Assembly: GCA_039810045.1 (NCBI GenBank)
Contig: JBDHWF010000001.1
Location: forward strand, 846 to 64,845
Length of the DNA: 64,000 bases
From: Chloroflexia bacterium
GTDB taxonomy: Bacteria > Chloroflexota > Chloroflexia > Thermomicrobiales > CADCWN01
Direction of reading: 5' to 3'
A program made the translations under genes and the position numbers. This document shows positions 47,165-57,976 of the stretch, in pieces. The notes under the pieces are model-generated. The model saw only the letters and a list, made by a program, of their open reading frames with translations, was not told where the DNA came from and ran no database searches. Every line of letters starts with the position of its first letter. The stretch's first letter is position 1.

Positions 47165-48787
47165 CTACTCCCCCGAACCTGGATAGAGGACCGACCACAG
47201 GCTACGCACTTCGCCAATTGGGACATCGATCAGGACTGGCCCATCTGTTGCCAGAGCCTCGCGCAGCGCGCCTTCTAGCGCCTCCGGGGTCTCGGCCCGC
47301 AACCCAGTGATCCCGAACGCCTGCGCCAGCGCCACAAAGTCGGGATTCTCTAACTCTGAGCCGTAAGTATTACCGCCCAGGCGCGACTTCTGAATCCGCT
47401 TTACATTGCCAAATGCGCCATCGTTGAAGACGATCCCCACCAGCGGAATCTTATGCTGCTTGGCGGTCGCCAGTTCCTGCACGTTATACATGAAGCCACC
47501 ATCGCCACAGATCGCTACCACTTTCTTATCGGGACTGCCTACCTGTGCGCCCAGCGCAGTCGCGTAGCCATAACCGAGCGTCCCCTGATAGCCAGGAGTC
47601 AGATAGGTACGCGGCTCATAGATCGGCAGACCAACCCCAGCGTAATAGCCCATCTGTGTCATCTCAGCAACCACAATCCCATCGTCGGGAATCGCCGAGC
47701 GCAGAGCAGCAGCGAACGATTGCTGTGGTTGCAACTCAAACAGGAGATCTTCGATCTTCGCCTTCACAGCCAGCGACTCGGCCTCCCGTGAGGGGCGCGG
47801 CTGCCCACCACTCAGCAGATCATGCAAGCCCGCCAGCCCAAGTTGGGCATCACCGATAATCCCCACTGTCGGCGAGGCGTTACGACCCACCTCTTCAGTA
47901 TCAATATCCAGTTGAATCAACGGTACTCCGGCTGGTAGACCAATCCAGGCCGCAACTTCCATCAACCGTGTGCCAACCGCCAGAATTGCGTCAGCCTGCC
48001 CCAGGAACTGCCGCGTACTCAGCCCAGTGTGCGCCAATGGGTGCCGATCCGAGAGCGCACCACGCCCGTTCTCACTCATAATGACTGGCGCTTGCAACGT
48101 TTCCGCCAACGCCTGCAACTGCGTCCACGCCTCGGCCCGAATCACGCCACCGCCGGCAAAGAGCAGCGGGCGTTCAGCCTTCGCCAGAATCTCAGCCGCC
48201 CGTCGTAATTCGCCCTCATCTGGCGCAACCCGTTCAAGGTGAGCGCGATCAGCGAACGTAATATCCGCCTGTGCGCCCAGCACATCAGGCGGAAACTCCA
48301 AAGCCACCGGGCGCGGACGACCAGACCGCAATAGCCGGAAGGCTTCACTGACCAGATGGGGGATTTCCTCCGGCTTATTGGCCCGTGCCGCCCACTTTGT
48401 CACCGACTCCAACATCTGCAACTGCTTGGGGATCTCGTGTAACTCACCTCGCCCCACCCCGATCAGTGCTGAATCAATCTGCCCGGTCAGGCACAGGACT
48501 GGCGACGAACAGGCATACGCCGTCGATAACCCCGCTGTCGCATTCAGCAGCCCTGGCCCTGGTACCACCAGACAAGTACCAACTTTACCTGTTGTACGAG
48601 CATAGCCATCAGCCATATAAGAGGTCGCTTGCTCGTGGCGCGTATGAATCACCCGCAGGTCCTCACGCGAGGCATAGAGGGCATCAAACAACCAGTCAAG
48701 TTGAAACCCTGGCAAACCAAAGATCGTATCAATGCCTTCGCGCTTGATCGCTTCAACCAGAATTTCACCACCCGTCAGCCGCACCAT
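47165..48787 (-). CDS. thiamine-pyrophosphate-dependent enzyme (acetolactate synthase large-subunit-like)
   Basis: N-terminal GIDTIFGLPG and the TPP motif GDGGFMYNVQELATA...NDGAFGN. Confidence 0.85.
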   Translation of the reverse strand: MVRLTGGEILVEAIKREGIDTIFGLPGFQLDWLFDALYASREDLRVIHTRHEQATSYMADGYARTTGKVGTCLVVPGPGLLNATAGLSTAYACSSPVLCLTGQIDSALIGVGRGELHEIPKQLQMLESVTKWAARANKPEEIPHLVSEAFRLLRSGRPRPVALEFPPDVLGAQADITFADRAHLERVAPDEGELRRAAEILAKAERPLLFAGGGVIRAEAWTQLQALAETLQAPVIMSENGRGALSDRHPLAHTGLSTRQFLGQADAILAVGTRLMEVAAWIGLPAGVPLIQLDIDTEEVGRNASPTVGIIGDAQLGLAGLHDLLSGGQPRPSREAESLAVKAKIEDLLFELQPQQSFAAALRSAIPDDGIVVAEMTQMGYYAGVGLPIYEPRTYLTPGYQGTLGYGYATALGAQVGSPDKKVVAICGDGGFMYNVQELATAKQHKIPLVGIVFNDGAFGNVKRIQKSRLGGNTYGSELENPDFVALAQAFGITGLRAETPEALEGALREALATDGPVLIDVPIGEVRSLWSVLYPGSGE

Positions 48788-48905
48788 TGCGTCCTCTCCT
48801 TAATCCAGTCTCCACGCTCCGCACCTATTCCATTCACTATGTCTGATCCAGAGGCATTCTACGCGCCCGGTAGTACAGTTGCCACCAGGATCAATCTGGT
48901 GGCAG

Positions 48906-49733
48906 TCACGCCCCGCGTGAGTGCAACACCTGGCCCGTGATCCAGGCGGCGGCATCACTGGCGAGAAAGGTGACGAGGCGCGCAACATCGGCGGGCTGAC
49001 CGATACGCCCAAACGCCATCGTTGCCTGGAGTTCCGCCTTGAACGCTGGTGGCATCCAACCAGTATCGGTCGGCCCAGGGTCAACCGCATTGACCGTAAT
49101 CTCTTTGGAGGCGACTTCCACCGCAAGCGTGCGGGTAAAGGCTTCGACCGCCCCTTTGGTCGCAATGTAGGCCAGTTCCTCTGGCATCGGCCCTAAACTC
49201 TGCCCAGAGGTAAGATTGATAATCCGGCCCCCTGGTTCGCCCGAATAGCGGCGGGCAAACTCCACTGAGAGCAGTGCGAGCACCCGCAGATTCACCGCAT
49301 AATGTGCATCCAGCGTGGCGGCATCAAGCTGTTGATAGCCGTCACGGGTCGAATACGCGGCATTATTCACCAGAATCATTGGCTGTCCTAGCGCTGCTAC
49401 CGCCGCAAAAACCTGTGGGATCACCCCAGGATCGGCCAGATCAAACGCCGCTGCCGCCGCCGCTACCCCAAATTGCTTCAACTCAGCGATCAATGCTGCT
49501 GGGCCATCAGGGTCAAGGCACACCCTATCTTGCTCATCATAAGGCTGCCAGTAGGTGAAAAAGAGGTTGGCCCCGTGGCTCGCTAATGCCCGACAGATCG
49601 CCGCGCCAATCCCCTGTCGCCGCCCGGCCCCCGTGACAATTGCGAGTCGTCCACGCAGATCTAGCTCAACGGCCTGTTGCACAACCCCTCTTCCAGGCAA
49701 GCAGTACGCTGGTTCGCTCCCGATCACTACCAT
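48906..49733 (-). CDS. SDR-family oxidoreductase
   Basis: TGAGRRQGIGAAI, NNAAY and YIATKGAV motifs. Confidence 0.8.
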   Translation of the reverse strand: MVVIGSEPAYCLPGRGVVQQAVELDLRGRLAIVTGAGRRQGIGAAICRALASHGANLFFTYWQPYDEQDRVCLDPDGPAALIAELKQFGVAAAAAAFDLADPGVIPQVFAAVAALGQPMILVNNAAYSTRDGYQQLDAATLDAHYAVNLRVLALLSVEFARRYSGEPGGRIINLTSGQSLGPMPEELAYIATKGAVEAFTRTLAVEVASKEITVNAVDPGPTDTGWMPPAFKAELQATMAFGRIGQPADVARLVTFLASDAAAWITGQVLHSRGA

Positions 49734-49738
49734 GCTTT

Positions 49739-49767
49739 TTGACAGGATACTGTACTAACGCGACAAT
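49739..49767 (+). promoter_or_regulatory. candidate promoter
   Basis: TTGACA-17 nt-GACAAT upstream of the 1090-aa gene. Confidence 0.35.
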
Positions 49768-49812
49768 TACCAAAGCGATTATGCGTGAGCAATGAATTGA
49801 GGAGGCCAGAAA

Positions 49813-52800
49813 ATGACTGAGAATCGATTCGAGTCACTGGTATGGCGCAATATCGGCCCTCACCGTGGTGGTCGGGTTGTTGCTGTTGCGGGACATCCCA
49901 CCGAGGTAGGCACGTTCTACTTTGGCGGCTGTGCTGGGGGGGTTTGGAAAACCACCAATGCTGGCTCACACTGGGAGAATATCAGCGACAAATATTTCAA
50001 GACTGCCGCCGTTGGCGCGCTCGTCGTGGCGCATTCCGCTCCGAATATCATCTATGCAGGGATGGGCGAAACATCGATTCGCTCCAATGTCTCACACGGC
50101 GATGGTGTCTACAAATCAACGGATGGTGGCACCACCTGGCAGAATGTTGGCTTAGCCGAAACACGCCACATCGGCGATATCATCGTCCACCCGCGCAATC
50201 CCGATATCGTCTATGTCGCAGCCCTGGGCCATGCCTGGGGTACTAACAAAGAACGCGGGGTGTATCGCACCACCGATGGCGGCAAAAACTGGGAACAGAT
50301 CCTCTATCGCAGCGATCATGCTGGCGCAATCGATATCGCGATGGACCCCAATAATCCCGATATTCTCTATGCGGCGATGTGGGATACCCACCGTTACCCC
50401 TGGGCACTCGACAGCGGTGGGCCAGACTCTGGCCTCTGGCGTTCGACCGATGGTGGCGACACCTGGACCGACATCAGCCGCAACAAAGGCTTACCAACCG
50501 GGCTGCTGGGGAAGATGGGGATCACCGCCTCACCAGCCCAGAGCGGTCGCCTCTGGGCGACGATTGAGGCGATGGGCGAAGGTGAAAAAGATGGCGGTGG
50601 CATCTTCCGCTCAGACGACTTCGGCGAAACCTGGCAACTAACCAACGGCGATGCCGCCCTACGTGGTCGCCCATGGTACTACCAGCACATCTTCGCTGAC
50701 CCCTCACACCCTGATACTGTCTGGATCTGTAATCTCGCGTTCTGGAAATCAACCGATGGGGGTAAAACGTTCATTGACGTACCAACCCCACACGGCGACA
50801 ACCACGCCCTCTGGATTGACCCCAGCAATTCCAATCGGCTGGTGCAAGGCAATGACGGCGGCGCAAATGTCTCGCTCGATGGTGGACGCACCTGGTCATC
50901 AATCCTCAATCAACCAACGGCGCAGTTCTACCATGTCATCACTGACAACGCCCAACCATACAATGTCTATGGCTCGCAACAGGATAACTGGGCGATGCGC
51001 CTCCCCAGCATCGGCTTCGAGGGGGCGATCTCCTGGAAAGATTATGTCGAGCCAGGCGGTGGTGAATCTGGGTACATCGCCATTAGCAAGCTGCCACCCT
51101 ACAAAGTCTTTGGCGGGGGGATCGGCACTGGCACCGGGCATGGTCGCCTGTTGGCCTGGAATCCTGAAACTCGCCAGACCCGTAATGTCACCGTCTGGCC
51201 GGAAGTTCACGGTTTTGGCGCGGGCGCTGAAGCGCTGAAATACCGCTTCCAGTGGACGTTCCCCATCGAGTTCTCCCCTCACGACCCGAATGTTCTCTAT
51301 GTCTGTTCAAACTTCGTCCATCGCTCGACCGATGAAGGAAGCTCGTGGGAAACGATCAGCCCCGACCTTACCCGCAACGATCCAGAAAAACTTGTTTCCA
51401 ACGGAATCATCACCTCGGATAATAGTGGGGCGGAAATCTACTGCACCATCTTTGCCTTCCAGGAATCGCCGCACGAAAAAGGCGTCTTCTGGGCTGGGTC
51501 AGACGATGGCCTACTGCATATTTCCAAAGATGGCGGGAAGAAGTGGGAGAAGATCACCCCACCGAAACTTCCAGAGTGGACTCGAATCACGATCATCGAA
51601 CTCTCGCCGTTCGATAAGGCGACCGCCTATGTTGCGGCAACCAACTATCAACTCGACGATACCACGCCATACCTGTTCAAGACGACCAATTATGGCAAAA
51701 CCTGGAAACTGATTACCAAGGGGATCGAAAAAGGGGACTTCACCCGCGTCATTCGCTGTGATCCACAGTGCCAGGGACTTCTCTATGCCGGCACAGAGAC
51801 AGGGGTCTACGTCTCGTTCGACGACGGCAACAACTGGGAACGGCTAACGACCAACCTGCCAGTAGTACCGATCTGGGATCTGACCGTGAAGGAAACCGAC
51901 CTTGTGGCAGCTACCCACGGACGCTCCTTCTGGATTCTGGACGATGTCACGCCACTCCACCAGCTAGTCCAGGCGAAAGGCAAGAGCAAAGCGACCCATC
52001 TTTTCAAACCACGCGACACTATCCGCTGGCGGCAATACGGTCGCTCCTATGGCCCACGACAAGCGGGGTATACCAGCTATAAGATGACCGGGCCGGTCAC
52101 TGTGGCCTATTACGGCGAAGAAACGCCCCAGGGAACAACAATTCAGAAGTTCCTCAATGCGGGGCAGAACCCACCCGACGGGGTGATCATCCACTACACC
52201 TTGCCGGAGAATGTGCAAGGCAAAGTGACCGTGCGCATCCTCGATAGCGCGGGCAACGAAGTACGCAGCTATATTGGCAAAGCGCAGCAAGTGGTCAAAG
52301 CGGAAGAAGCGCCGCTGCTGGCGGGGGAAGCCCCCGGTGGCGGCACCGCAGAAGCTCCCGACGCCCCGGCTGCCGAGACCGAGACTGACGACGATCTGCC
52401 CGGTGGGCAGGTTGCGCCAGTCGCTCCTGGCGCCAACCGCCTGGTCTGGGATTATCGCTATGCCCCACCAACGGCCCTGGTTGATGCCAACGGCAAGCGC
52501 ACATCACGATTACAGGCGATGGAAGATGGACTACCGCCAAAAGCCGCGCCCGGTATCTACACTGTGGAACTGACCTATGGCAAAACACGGCTGACCGAGG
52601 AATTCACCCTACGCCCGGATCCTCGCATCCCTGCCAGCGCGGAAGAATTGCAGTCGCAGTTTGAACTGAAGCTGGCGATTCGCGATCAAGTCTCGGCGAT
52701 CAATGAAGGCTTGAACAAGTTGCAGAAGATGCGTGGGCAACTCGAAGCCTTCGAAGGCTGGATCAACGACAGTGGCGATAAGGAATTGACCAAGGCCGCC

Positions 52801-53085
52801 ACGGCCCTAAAGAAACGCCTGACCGAGATCGAAAACACCCTGATCCAGACCGAGCCAACGCGCCCGCGACCAGGAGCAAGCAAGCTCAAAGAGAAGTTAG
52901 CGGCCCTCTCAGGGATGATCGACGAATCAGACGATGCTCCAACCCAAAACGCCCACGCGGTCTATACCATGCTGGCTGAGCAAACCGAAGCGGAGTTAGA
53001 AAAGCTCCTCCACTTCGGCACCGAAGATGTGGTCGCCTTCAACAACCTGATCAAGAAGTCGGATATCCTCAAGGTTCAGGCATAA
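49813..53085 (+). CDS. large BNR/Asp-box, sortilin(VPS10)-type double beta-propeller protein (glycosyl-hydrolase-like)
   Basis: Repeated S.DGG.TW Asp-box motifs (TTNAGSHWENI, STDGGTTWQNV, TTDGGKNWEQI, STDGGDTWTDI, STDGGKTF, SLDGGRTW, STDEGSSWE, SKDGGKKWE, TTNYGKTWK, FDDGNNWE). Confidence 0.8.
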   Translation: MTENRFESLVWRNIGPHRGGRVVAVAGHPTEVGTFYFGGCAGGVWKTTNAGSHWENISDKYFKTAAVGALVVAHSAPNIIYAGMGETSIRSNVSHGDGVYKSTDGGTTWQNVGLAETRHIGDIIVHPRNPDIVYVAALGHAWGTNKERGVYRTTDGGKNWEQILYRSDHAGAIDIAMDPNNPDILYAAMWDTHRYPWALDSGGPDSGLWRSTDGGDTWTDISRNKGLPTGLLGKMGITASPAQSGRLWATIEAMGEGEKDGGGIFRSDDFGETWQLTNGDAALRGRPWYYQHIFADPSHPDTVWICNLAFWKSTDGGKTFIDVPTPHGDNHALWIDPSNSNRLVQGNDGGANVSLDGGRTWSSILNQPTAQFYHVITDNAQPYNVYGSQQDNWAMRLPSIGFEGAISWKDYVEPGGGESGYIAISKLPPYKVFGGGIGTGTGHGRLLAWNPETRQTRNVTVWPEVHGFGAGAEALKYRFQWTFPIEFSPHDPNVLYVCSNFVHRSTDEGSSWETISPDLTRNDPEKLVSNGIITSDNSGAEIYCTIFAFQESPHEKGVFWAGSDDGLLHISKDGGKKWEKITPPKLPEWTRITIIELSPFDKATAYVAATNYQLDDTTPYLFKTTNYGKTWKLITKGIEKGDFTRVIRCDPQCQGLLYAGTETGVYVSFDDGNNWERLTTNLPVVPIWDLTVKETDLVAATHGRSFWILDDVTPLHQLVQAKGKSKATHLFKPRDTIRWRQYGRSYGPRQAGYTSYKMTGPVTVAYYGEETPQGTTIQKFLNAGQNPPDGVIIHYTLPENVQGKVTVRILDSAGNEVRSYIGKAQQVVKAEEAPLLAGEAPGGGTAEAPDAPAAETETDDDLPGGQVAPVAPGANRLVWDYRYAPPTALVDANGKRTSRLQAMEDGLPPKAAPGIYTVELTYGKTRLTEEFTLRPDPRIPASAEELQSQFELKLAIRDQVSAINEGLNKLQKMRGQLEAFEGWINDSGDKELTKAATALKKRLTEIENTLIQTEPTRPRPGASKLKEKLAALSGMIDESDDAPTQNAHAVYTMLAEQTEAELEKLLHFGTEDVVAFNNLIKKSDILKVQA

Positions 53086-53108
53086 ACAGCAACGCCAACT
53101 AAGCAGTA

Positions 53109-53141
53109 GGGGGTGACGGTAGTACCGTCACCCCCTTTGTT
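53109..53141 (+). terminator. intrinsic terminator
   Basis: GGGGGTGACGG-TAGTA-CCGTCACCCCC followed by TTTGTT, 24 nt after the stop codon. Confidence 0.8.
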
Positions 53142-53336
53142 ATACTGGTAAAGTGCAGCGCACAGGACAATCAGGCCATTTACCAGCGGTTGACCTATCG
53201 TTACTGATGCGGCTACATGGTCGACCTACGCTGGTGATCATGAGGGGGGGTGAACGGGGCAAGGTGGCTACGATCAATCGTTGATCGCCTCCCACGACGC
53301 TGCCCCAACTAAGCATCCCCGTTGGTGGAGGTATTC

Positions 53337-54266
53337 ATGGCAGCAATGATCGAGACCGAAGCATTGACCAAAACCTACGGCAGCGCACGTGGCATCGACA
53401 ACGTCACCCTCACTGTCAATGAAGGCGAGATCTTCGGTTTCCTGGGGCCGAATGGGGCAGGCAAAACGACGACGATTCGCACCTTGATGGGCCTGCTCCG
53501 CCCAACGAGCGGTCGGGCCAAGATTGCCGGACTCGACTGCTGGGAGCAGGCGACTGAGATCAAGCGTTTTCTTGGCTACCTGCCCAGTGAATTCTCCTTT
53601 GATCCAGGGCTGACTGGTGCTCAGATTCTGACCTATCTCGCGAATCTGCGCGATGGCGTAGAGCAGGCGTATTTCCAGCAGTTGGTGACGCGACTGGACC
53701 TGGATCTCAGCAAACACTTCCGCGAATACTCACGCGGTAATAAGCAGAAGGTGGGGCTGGTACAGGCGTTCATGCACCACCCACGCCTGCTGATTCTTGA
53801 TGAGCCCACAAACGGCCTGGATCCGCTCAACCAGCAGACCTTTTACGATCTGGTACACGAGGCGCACGCTGGCGGGGCAACAGTCTTTGTTTCCTCGCAC
53901 ATTCTGCCAGAGGTGGAACACCTCTGCCATCGTGTCGGTATTATCCGCGAGGGCGCACTGGTGACCGTGGATGAGGTAGCAGCCCTGAAAGATCTGAAGC
54001 AGCGCGTGGTGGAAGTGACCTTCGCGGCTCCAGCCTCGTCCGACTGGTTTGCCGCAGTGCCAGGTGTTCACGACGTGACAGCGGACGATGATGGCCGCCT
54101 GCTACGCCTGTTAGTACAGGGTGATCTGCACGATATTCTCCAGGTTGCGGCCAGCCACAACGCAACGAATCTGGTCGCACATGATCCAAGCCTGGAGGAT
54201 ATCTTCCTGCGCTACTACGCCACAGATGGGCAAACGCCAGCGGCTGCTGGCGGCCAGTCGCGATAG
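53337..54266 (+). CDS. ABC transporter ATP-binding protein (ABC-2/DrrA-like)
   Basis: Walker A GPNGAGKTT, signature YSRGNKQKV and Walker B LLILDEPTNGLD. ATG 53337 follows GGTGGAGG. Confidence 0.9.
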   Translation: MAAMIETEALTKTYGSARGIDNVTLTVNEGEIFGFLGPNGAGKTTTIRTLMGLLRPTSGRAKIAGLDCWEQATEIKRFLGYLPSEFSFDPGLTGAQILTYLANLRDGVEQAYFQQLVTRLDLDLSKHFREYSRGNKQKVGLVQAFMHHPRLLILDEPTNGLDPLNQQTFYDLVHEAHAGGATVFVSSHILPEVEHLCHRVGIIREGALVTVDEVAALKDLKQRVVEVTFAAPASSDWFAAVPGVHDVTADDDGRLLRLLVQGDLHDILQVAASHNATNLVAHDPSLEDIFLRYYATDGQTPAAAGGQSR

Positions 54267-54318
54267 CACCACGCTGGTCAGTTAACCCACGGTCTTTGCT
54301 GGCAACACTGGAGGCACC

Positions 54319-55962
54319 ATGTTCCGCTCAATTTTCAGCAAAACACTGCGCGACTATCGGTTGTCGATCATTCTGTGGGGTGGCCTGCTAGGGCTCACGA
54401 TCATGGCGTACTATCCGCTCGTCAAAGATCTGGTGAGTACTACTTCGGCAGCAGAACTGCTGAAGCTGGTGCAGAGCCAGCGGTTTTTCGCAGAGCCAGT
54501 TGGCCTTGATACGCCAGGTGGCTATGTGACCTGGAAACTGATCGCCAGCATACCGCTCTTCGTTGGTATCTGGGCGGCGCGCGCCGCTGCGCGACTAGGG
54601 CGGCTGGGCGAGGAGCGCGGGTCGCTCGATGTCCTTCTAGCGACCCCGCGTTCGCGTATCCGTATCCTGGGCGAAGAGGTCGCGGCGCTGGCAACAGCAA
54701 CGCTGCTCGTTAGCCTGCTGATTGGCCTTGGTGCACTGGCTGGCGAGGCCGTGATCGGTGGCCCGGTTGATCTAGGCGGGGCGTTGCTGACTAGCCTGAA
54801 CGTCACGCTGACGCTGTTGGTGGTAGGGATGGTGGCGCTGTTCCTGGCCCAGCTACTGCCCAGCGCGGGGGCAGCAGCTGGGCTGGCCTGTGCGCTGCTG
54901 GTCACGGCCTGGATTCTGGATGGGATGGGGCGCATGTCGCCTGAACTGGCCTGGGTTGGCCGCCTTTCCCCATATCATCTCTACTCGATTAGCAAGCCCC
55001 TGATCCCCTCCTACGGCACAAACTATGCTGCATTCATCGGCCTGATCGCCATTGCAACGGTGTTTGGGGTGAGCAGTGTGCTGCTCTTCACCAAACGCGA
55101 TGTCGGCGGTACGGCCTGGCCCTGGCGGCGCACGACACGGCACGAGAGTAGCACGAAGGCCCTGGCACGGGCGACCCAGGCAGTTTCGCTGCGTGGGGTT
55201 GGCGCACGCATGTGGGGAGCCGGGGTGCCGGCGCTGGTCTGGTGGATGATTGGCGTGGGGATCTTTTTGGCCTGGATGACTGGCATCACGCAGGCGATCA
55301 AAGGGCAACTGAATGAGTTACTCAAAGGGGCAACAGTGATCCAGGATGTGCTGCGTGGCTCCGCACTGGGCACAGACACAGGGCTGGTCTCTGGTATTCT
55401 GTTCGCCTACCTGCCGATCCTGGTAGCGATCTTTGCGCTGACGCAGGCGAGTGCCTGGGCGCGTGATCTCGACGCCGGGAGGTTGGAACTGGTGCTGTCG
55501 ACACCAGTGCCGCGCTGGCGGGTCTATCTGGAAGCCTGGGGCGCCACGCTCGCTGCATTGATCGTAGCCCCAGTTGTCTTCTGTCTGGTCGTGATCGCCA
55601 GTATCCAGATCACTGGTCTACAGGTCGATATGAGCAAGCTGATCATCGCGTTCATCGGCTTCCTGCCGATCGAACTACTGACTGCGGGGATCGTGTTCCT
55701 GCTGGCTGGCCGGTTCTCCTCAGCAATCGTCAATGGTGGCGATGGTGGATTCCTCGCCGCTTCATTCCTGGGGGAGTTCCTTAATCCAGTGCTACACCTA
55801 CCCGGCTGGTTGATCGGCCTCTCGATCTTCCACTACTATGGCACACCGCTCATCAGCAGCCCACAGTGGGGGGCCTGGCTGATCATCACCTTGATCGCCG
55901 TTATTCTGGTTGTGCTCGGCCTAGTGCAGTTCACACGCAGCGATGTACAGCAGGGAGCCTGA
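54319..55962 (+). CDS. ABC-2-type permease (duplicated 6-TM module, 547 aa)
   Basis: Two sets of about 6 TM helices. It sits directly downstream of the ATPase gene. Confidence 0.65.
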   Translation: MFRSIFSKTLRDYRLSIILWGGLLGLTIMAYYPLVKDLVSTTSAAELLKLVQSQRFFAEPVGLDTPGGYVTWKLIASIPLFVGIWAARAAARLGRLGEERGSLDVLLATPRSRIRILGEEVAALATATLLVSLLIGLGALAGEAVIGGPVDLGGALLTSLNVTLTLLVVGMVALFLAQLLPSAGAAAGLACALLVTAWILDGMGRMSPELAWVGRLSPYHLYSISKPLIPSYGTNYAAFIGLIAIATVFGVSSVLLFTKRDVGGTAWPWRRTTRHESSTKALARATQAVSLRGVGARMWGAGVPALVWWMIGVGIFLAWMTGITQAIKGQLNELLKGATVIQDVLRGSALGTDTGLVSGILFAYLPILVAIFALTQASAWARDLDAGRLELVLSTPVPRWRVYLEAWGATLAALIVAPVVFCLVVIASIQITGLQVDMSKLIIAFIGFLPIELLTAGIVFLLAGRFSSAIVNGGDGGFLAASFLGEFLNPVLHLPGWLIGLSIFHYYGTPLISSPQWGAWLIITLIAVILVVLGLVQFTRSDVQQGA

Positions 55963-55980
55963 GTAGCTATAGTAAATAAG

Positions 55981-56009
55981 GCTGGGCGGCTGATCGTCAG
56001 CCGCCCAGC
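55981..56009. terminator. hairpin between convergent genes (likely bidirectional terminator)
   Basis: Perfect 13-bp stem GCTGGGCGGCTGA-TCG-TCAGCCGCCCAGC. A T-rich tail (CTTATTTAC) is present on the minus strand only. Confidence 0.5.
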
Positions 56010-56021
56010 GTCAGCCAGTGT

Positions 56022-56939
56022 TTACCCCTTCAAGGCCCCAGCAGTCAGCCCCTGCTCCAGCCGCCGCTGGAACACGACATAGACGGCGATGACTGGCAGC
56101 ATCGTAATCGTCAACCCCGCAAAGAGGGCGCTCCAATCGTTCTGGTAACCCTGTTGGATCGCCAGGAATGCTAACCCCTGTGACAAAACATACCGTTCTG
56201 GATCAGGCACGATCACCAGCGGCAGAATAAACTGATTCCACTGGCCCAGGAAATTGAAGATCCCAATGCTGATCAATCCTGGGCGGGCCATCGGCAACAT
56301 CACCCGGAAAAAGATCGCGTAATGCGAGGCACCATCAACCAGTGCAGCCTCAGCGACTTCAGATGGTAACGTCGCGAAGAAGCTGGTGAGGAAAAAAATC
56401 GAGAACGGTAACGAATAGGCTGTATAAACCAGGATCAATCCATGAAACGTACTGAGCAGATGAAGGTCTCGCACGACGAAAAAGAGCGGCACCAACGCCA
56501 GGAAGATCGGAAACATCAGGCCGATCATAAAGAGATAGCGAATCAGTTGTCGCCCCCGAAATTCATAGCGGGCCAGCACATAGGCCGCCATTGACGACAA
56601 CAACAGCGTCAGCGTCAGCGACCCAAGGACGACGATAATACTGTTGACGAAATATTTGCCGATACTCGCGGTTGTCCAGGCCCGCACGAAATTACTGAAC
56701 TGCGGTACCGCTGGTAATTGCCAGGGGCTGGCGAAAATCTCGAGATCGGTCTTGAACGCGGTCATCATCATCCACAAGAGCGGCATGATCACCAACAAGG
56801 CCCAGATAACGAGAAAAACCTGCGACACCCCCGTAAAGATCCAATCACCCAGCGTGAAGTGCGACCCAGTGCGTACCTTCGGGGCCGGGGTCTTGATCGC
56901 TTCTGTCGGGGCGGCTGGCTCAATCGGATTGAGGCTCAT
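56022..56939 (-). CDS. carbohydrate ABC transporter permease (MalG-like)
   Basis: EAA loop EVAEAALVDGASHYAIFFRVMLPMARPG. ATG 56939 follows GAGGGAGGA. Confidence 0.9.
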   Translation of the reverse strand: MSLNPIEPAAPTEAIKTPAPKVRTGSHFTLGDWIFTGVSQVFLVIWALLVIMPLLWMMMTAFKTDLEIFASPWQLPAVPQFSNFVRAWTTASIGKYFVNSIIVVLGSLTLTLLLSSMAAYVLARYEFRGRQLIRYLFMIGLMFPIFLALVPLFFVVRDLHLLSTFHGLILVYTAYSLPFSIFFLTSFFATLPSEVAEAALVDGASHYAIFFRVMLPMARPGLISIGIFNFLGQWNQFILPLVIVPDPERYVLSQGLAFLAIQQGYQNDWSALFAGLTITMLPVIAVYVVFQRRLEQGLTAGALKG

Positions 56940-56982
56940 GGGATCCTCCCTCGGCAAAGACACAGAGGACGAGTGTGCTCTG

Positions 56983-57897
56983 CTAGAACTCGATTCGTTC
57001 GCGCCGCGTTAGGGCAAAGGTCAGGGCCGACAGCGTGAGGGTCATAAAGAGCAATGACACCCCAATCGCGGTGGCATAACCAAACTGAGCATAACTAAAG
57101 GCAGTCGAGTACATATAGCGGGCCACCACGTCCGTAGCGCGGTTTGGCCCACCTTCAGTCATCACTTGAATAATGGTGAAGAGATCCAGCGCCCCGATGC
57201 CGATATAGATCAGGGCAACCTGCACATTATCCCAGAGCAAGGGCAGCGTAATCTTCCAGAACATCGTCCAGCGATTCGCCCCGTCAATGACGGCTGCCTC
57301 ATAAAAGGTTGTCGGAATCGATTGGATTCCCGCAATAAAGAGAACCATATAAAACCCAACAGCCTGCCAGATAACGACCGCCGCAACCGCCGCAAGGGCC
57401 GTGCGATCATCACCAAGCCAGGTACGCTGCAAGCTCCCTAGCCCGATATTACGCAATGCTCCGTTGAGCAGACCAAGCGTGGGATGATAGACAAACTGCC
57501 AGAGGATACCCACAATCGTGACGGCCATAACCTGGGGGAAGAAGAACACCACACGATAGAAATTTGCCCCGATCACCCCCTTCCCACCTTGCGTAAACAG
57601 CACGGCAAAGAGGAGGGCCAGCCCCAGGGTGATTACGGGTAAGGCCACCAGAAGAATCCCGTTATGCCGCAGCGCATTCCAAAACTGCGGATCACCAAAG
57701 AGTTTCGTGAAGTTCCCAAGGCCAACGAATCGCTTGTTGGCTGAAACCCCTTTCCAATCGGTGAGCGCAACGTAGAATGATTGAGCATAGGGATACAGCA
57801 CAAAGACAGCATACAAGAGCAACGCAGGGAACAGGAACGGAATAATCAAGCGATATTTCTGGTGGTACAACGGGTACCTCCTTACCCCAGCGAACAA
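56983..57897 (-). CDS. carbohydrate ABC transporter permease (MalF-like)
   Basis: EAA loop YEAAVIDGANRWTMFWKITLPLL and 6 TM segments. Confidence 0.9.
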   Translation of the reverse strand: MFAGVRRYPLYHQKYRLIIPFLFPALLLYAVFVLYPYAQSFYVALTDWKGVSANKRFVGLGNFTKLFGDPQFWNALRHNGILLVALPVITLGLALLFAVLFTQGGKGVIGANFYRVVFFFPQVMAVTIVGILWQFVYHPTLGLLNGALRNIGLGSLQRTWLGDDRTALAAVAAVVIWQAVGFYMVLFIAGIQSIPTTFYEAAVIDGANRWTMFWKITLPLLWDNVQVALIYIGIGALDLFTIIQVMTEGGPNRATDVVARYMYSTAFSYAQFGYATAIGVSLLFMTLTLSALTFALTRRERIEF

Positions 57898-57976
57898 GAA
57901 GAAAGGGGTAGGGCGACAGCGTGCGCTGTCGCCCTCACTCGCCGCCCCACCCCGTAGTCAACGCTGGCTAGCAGCA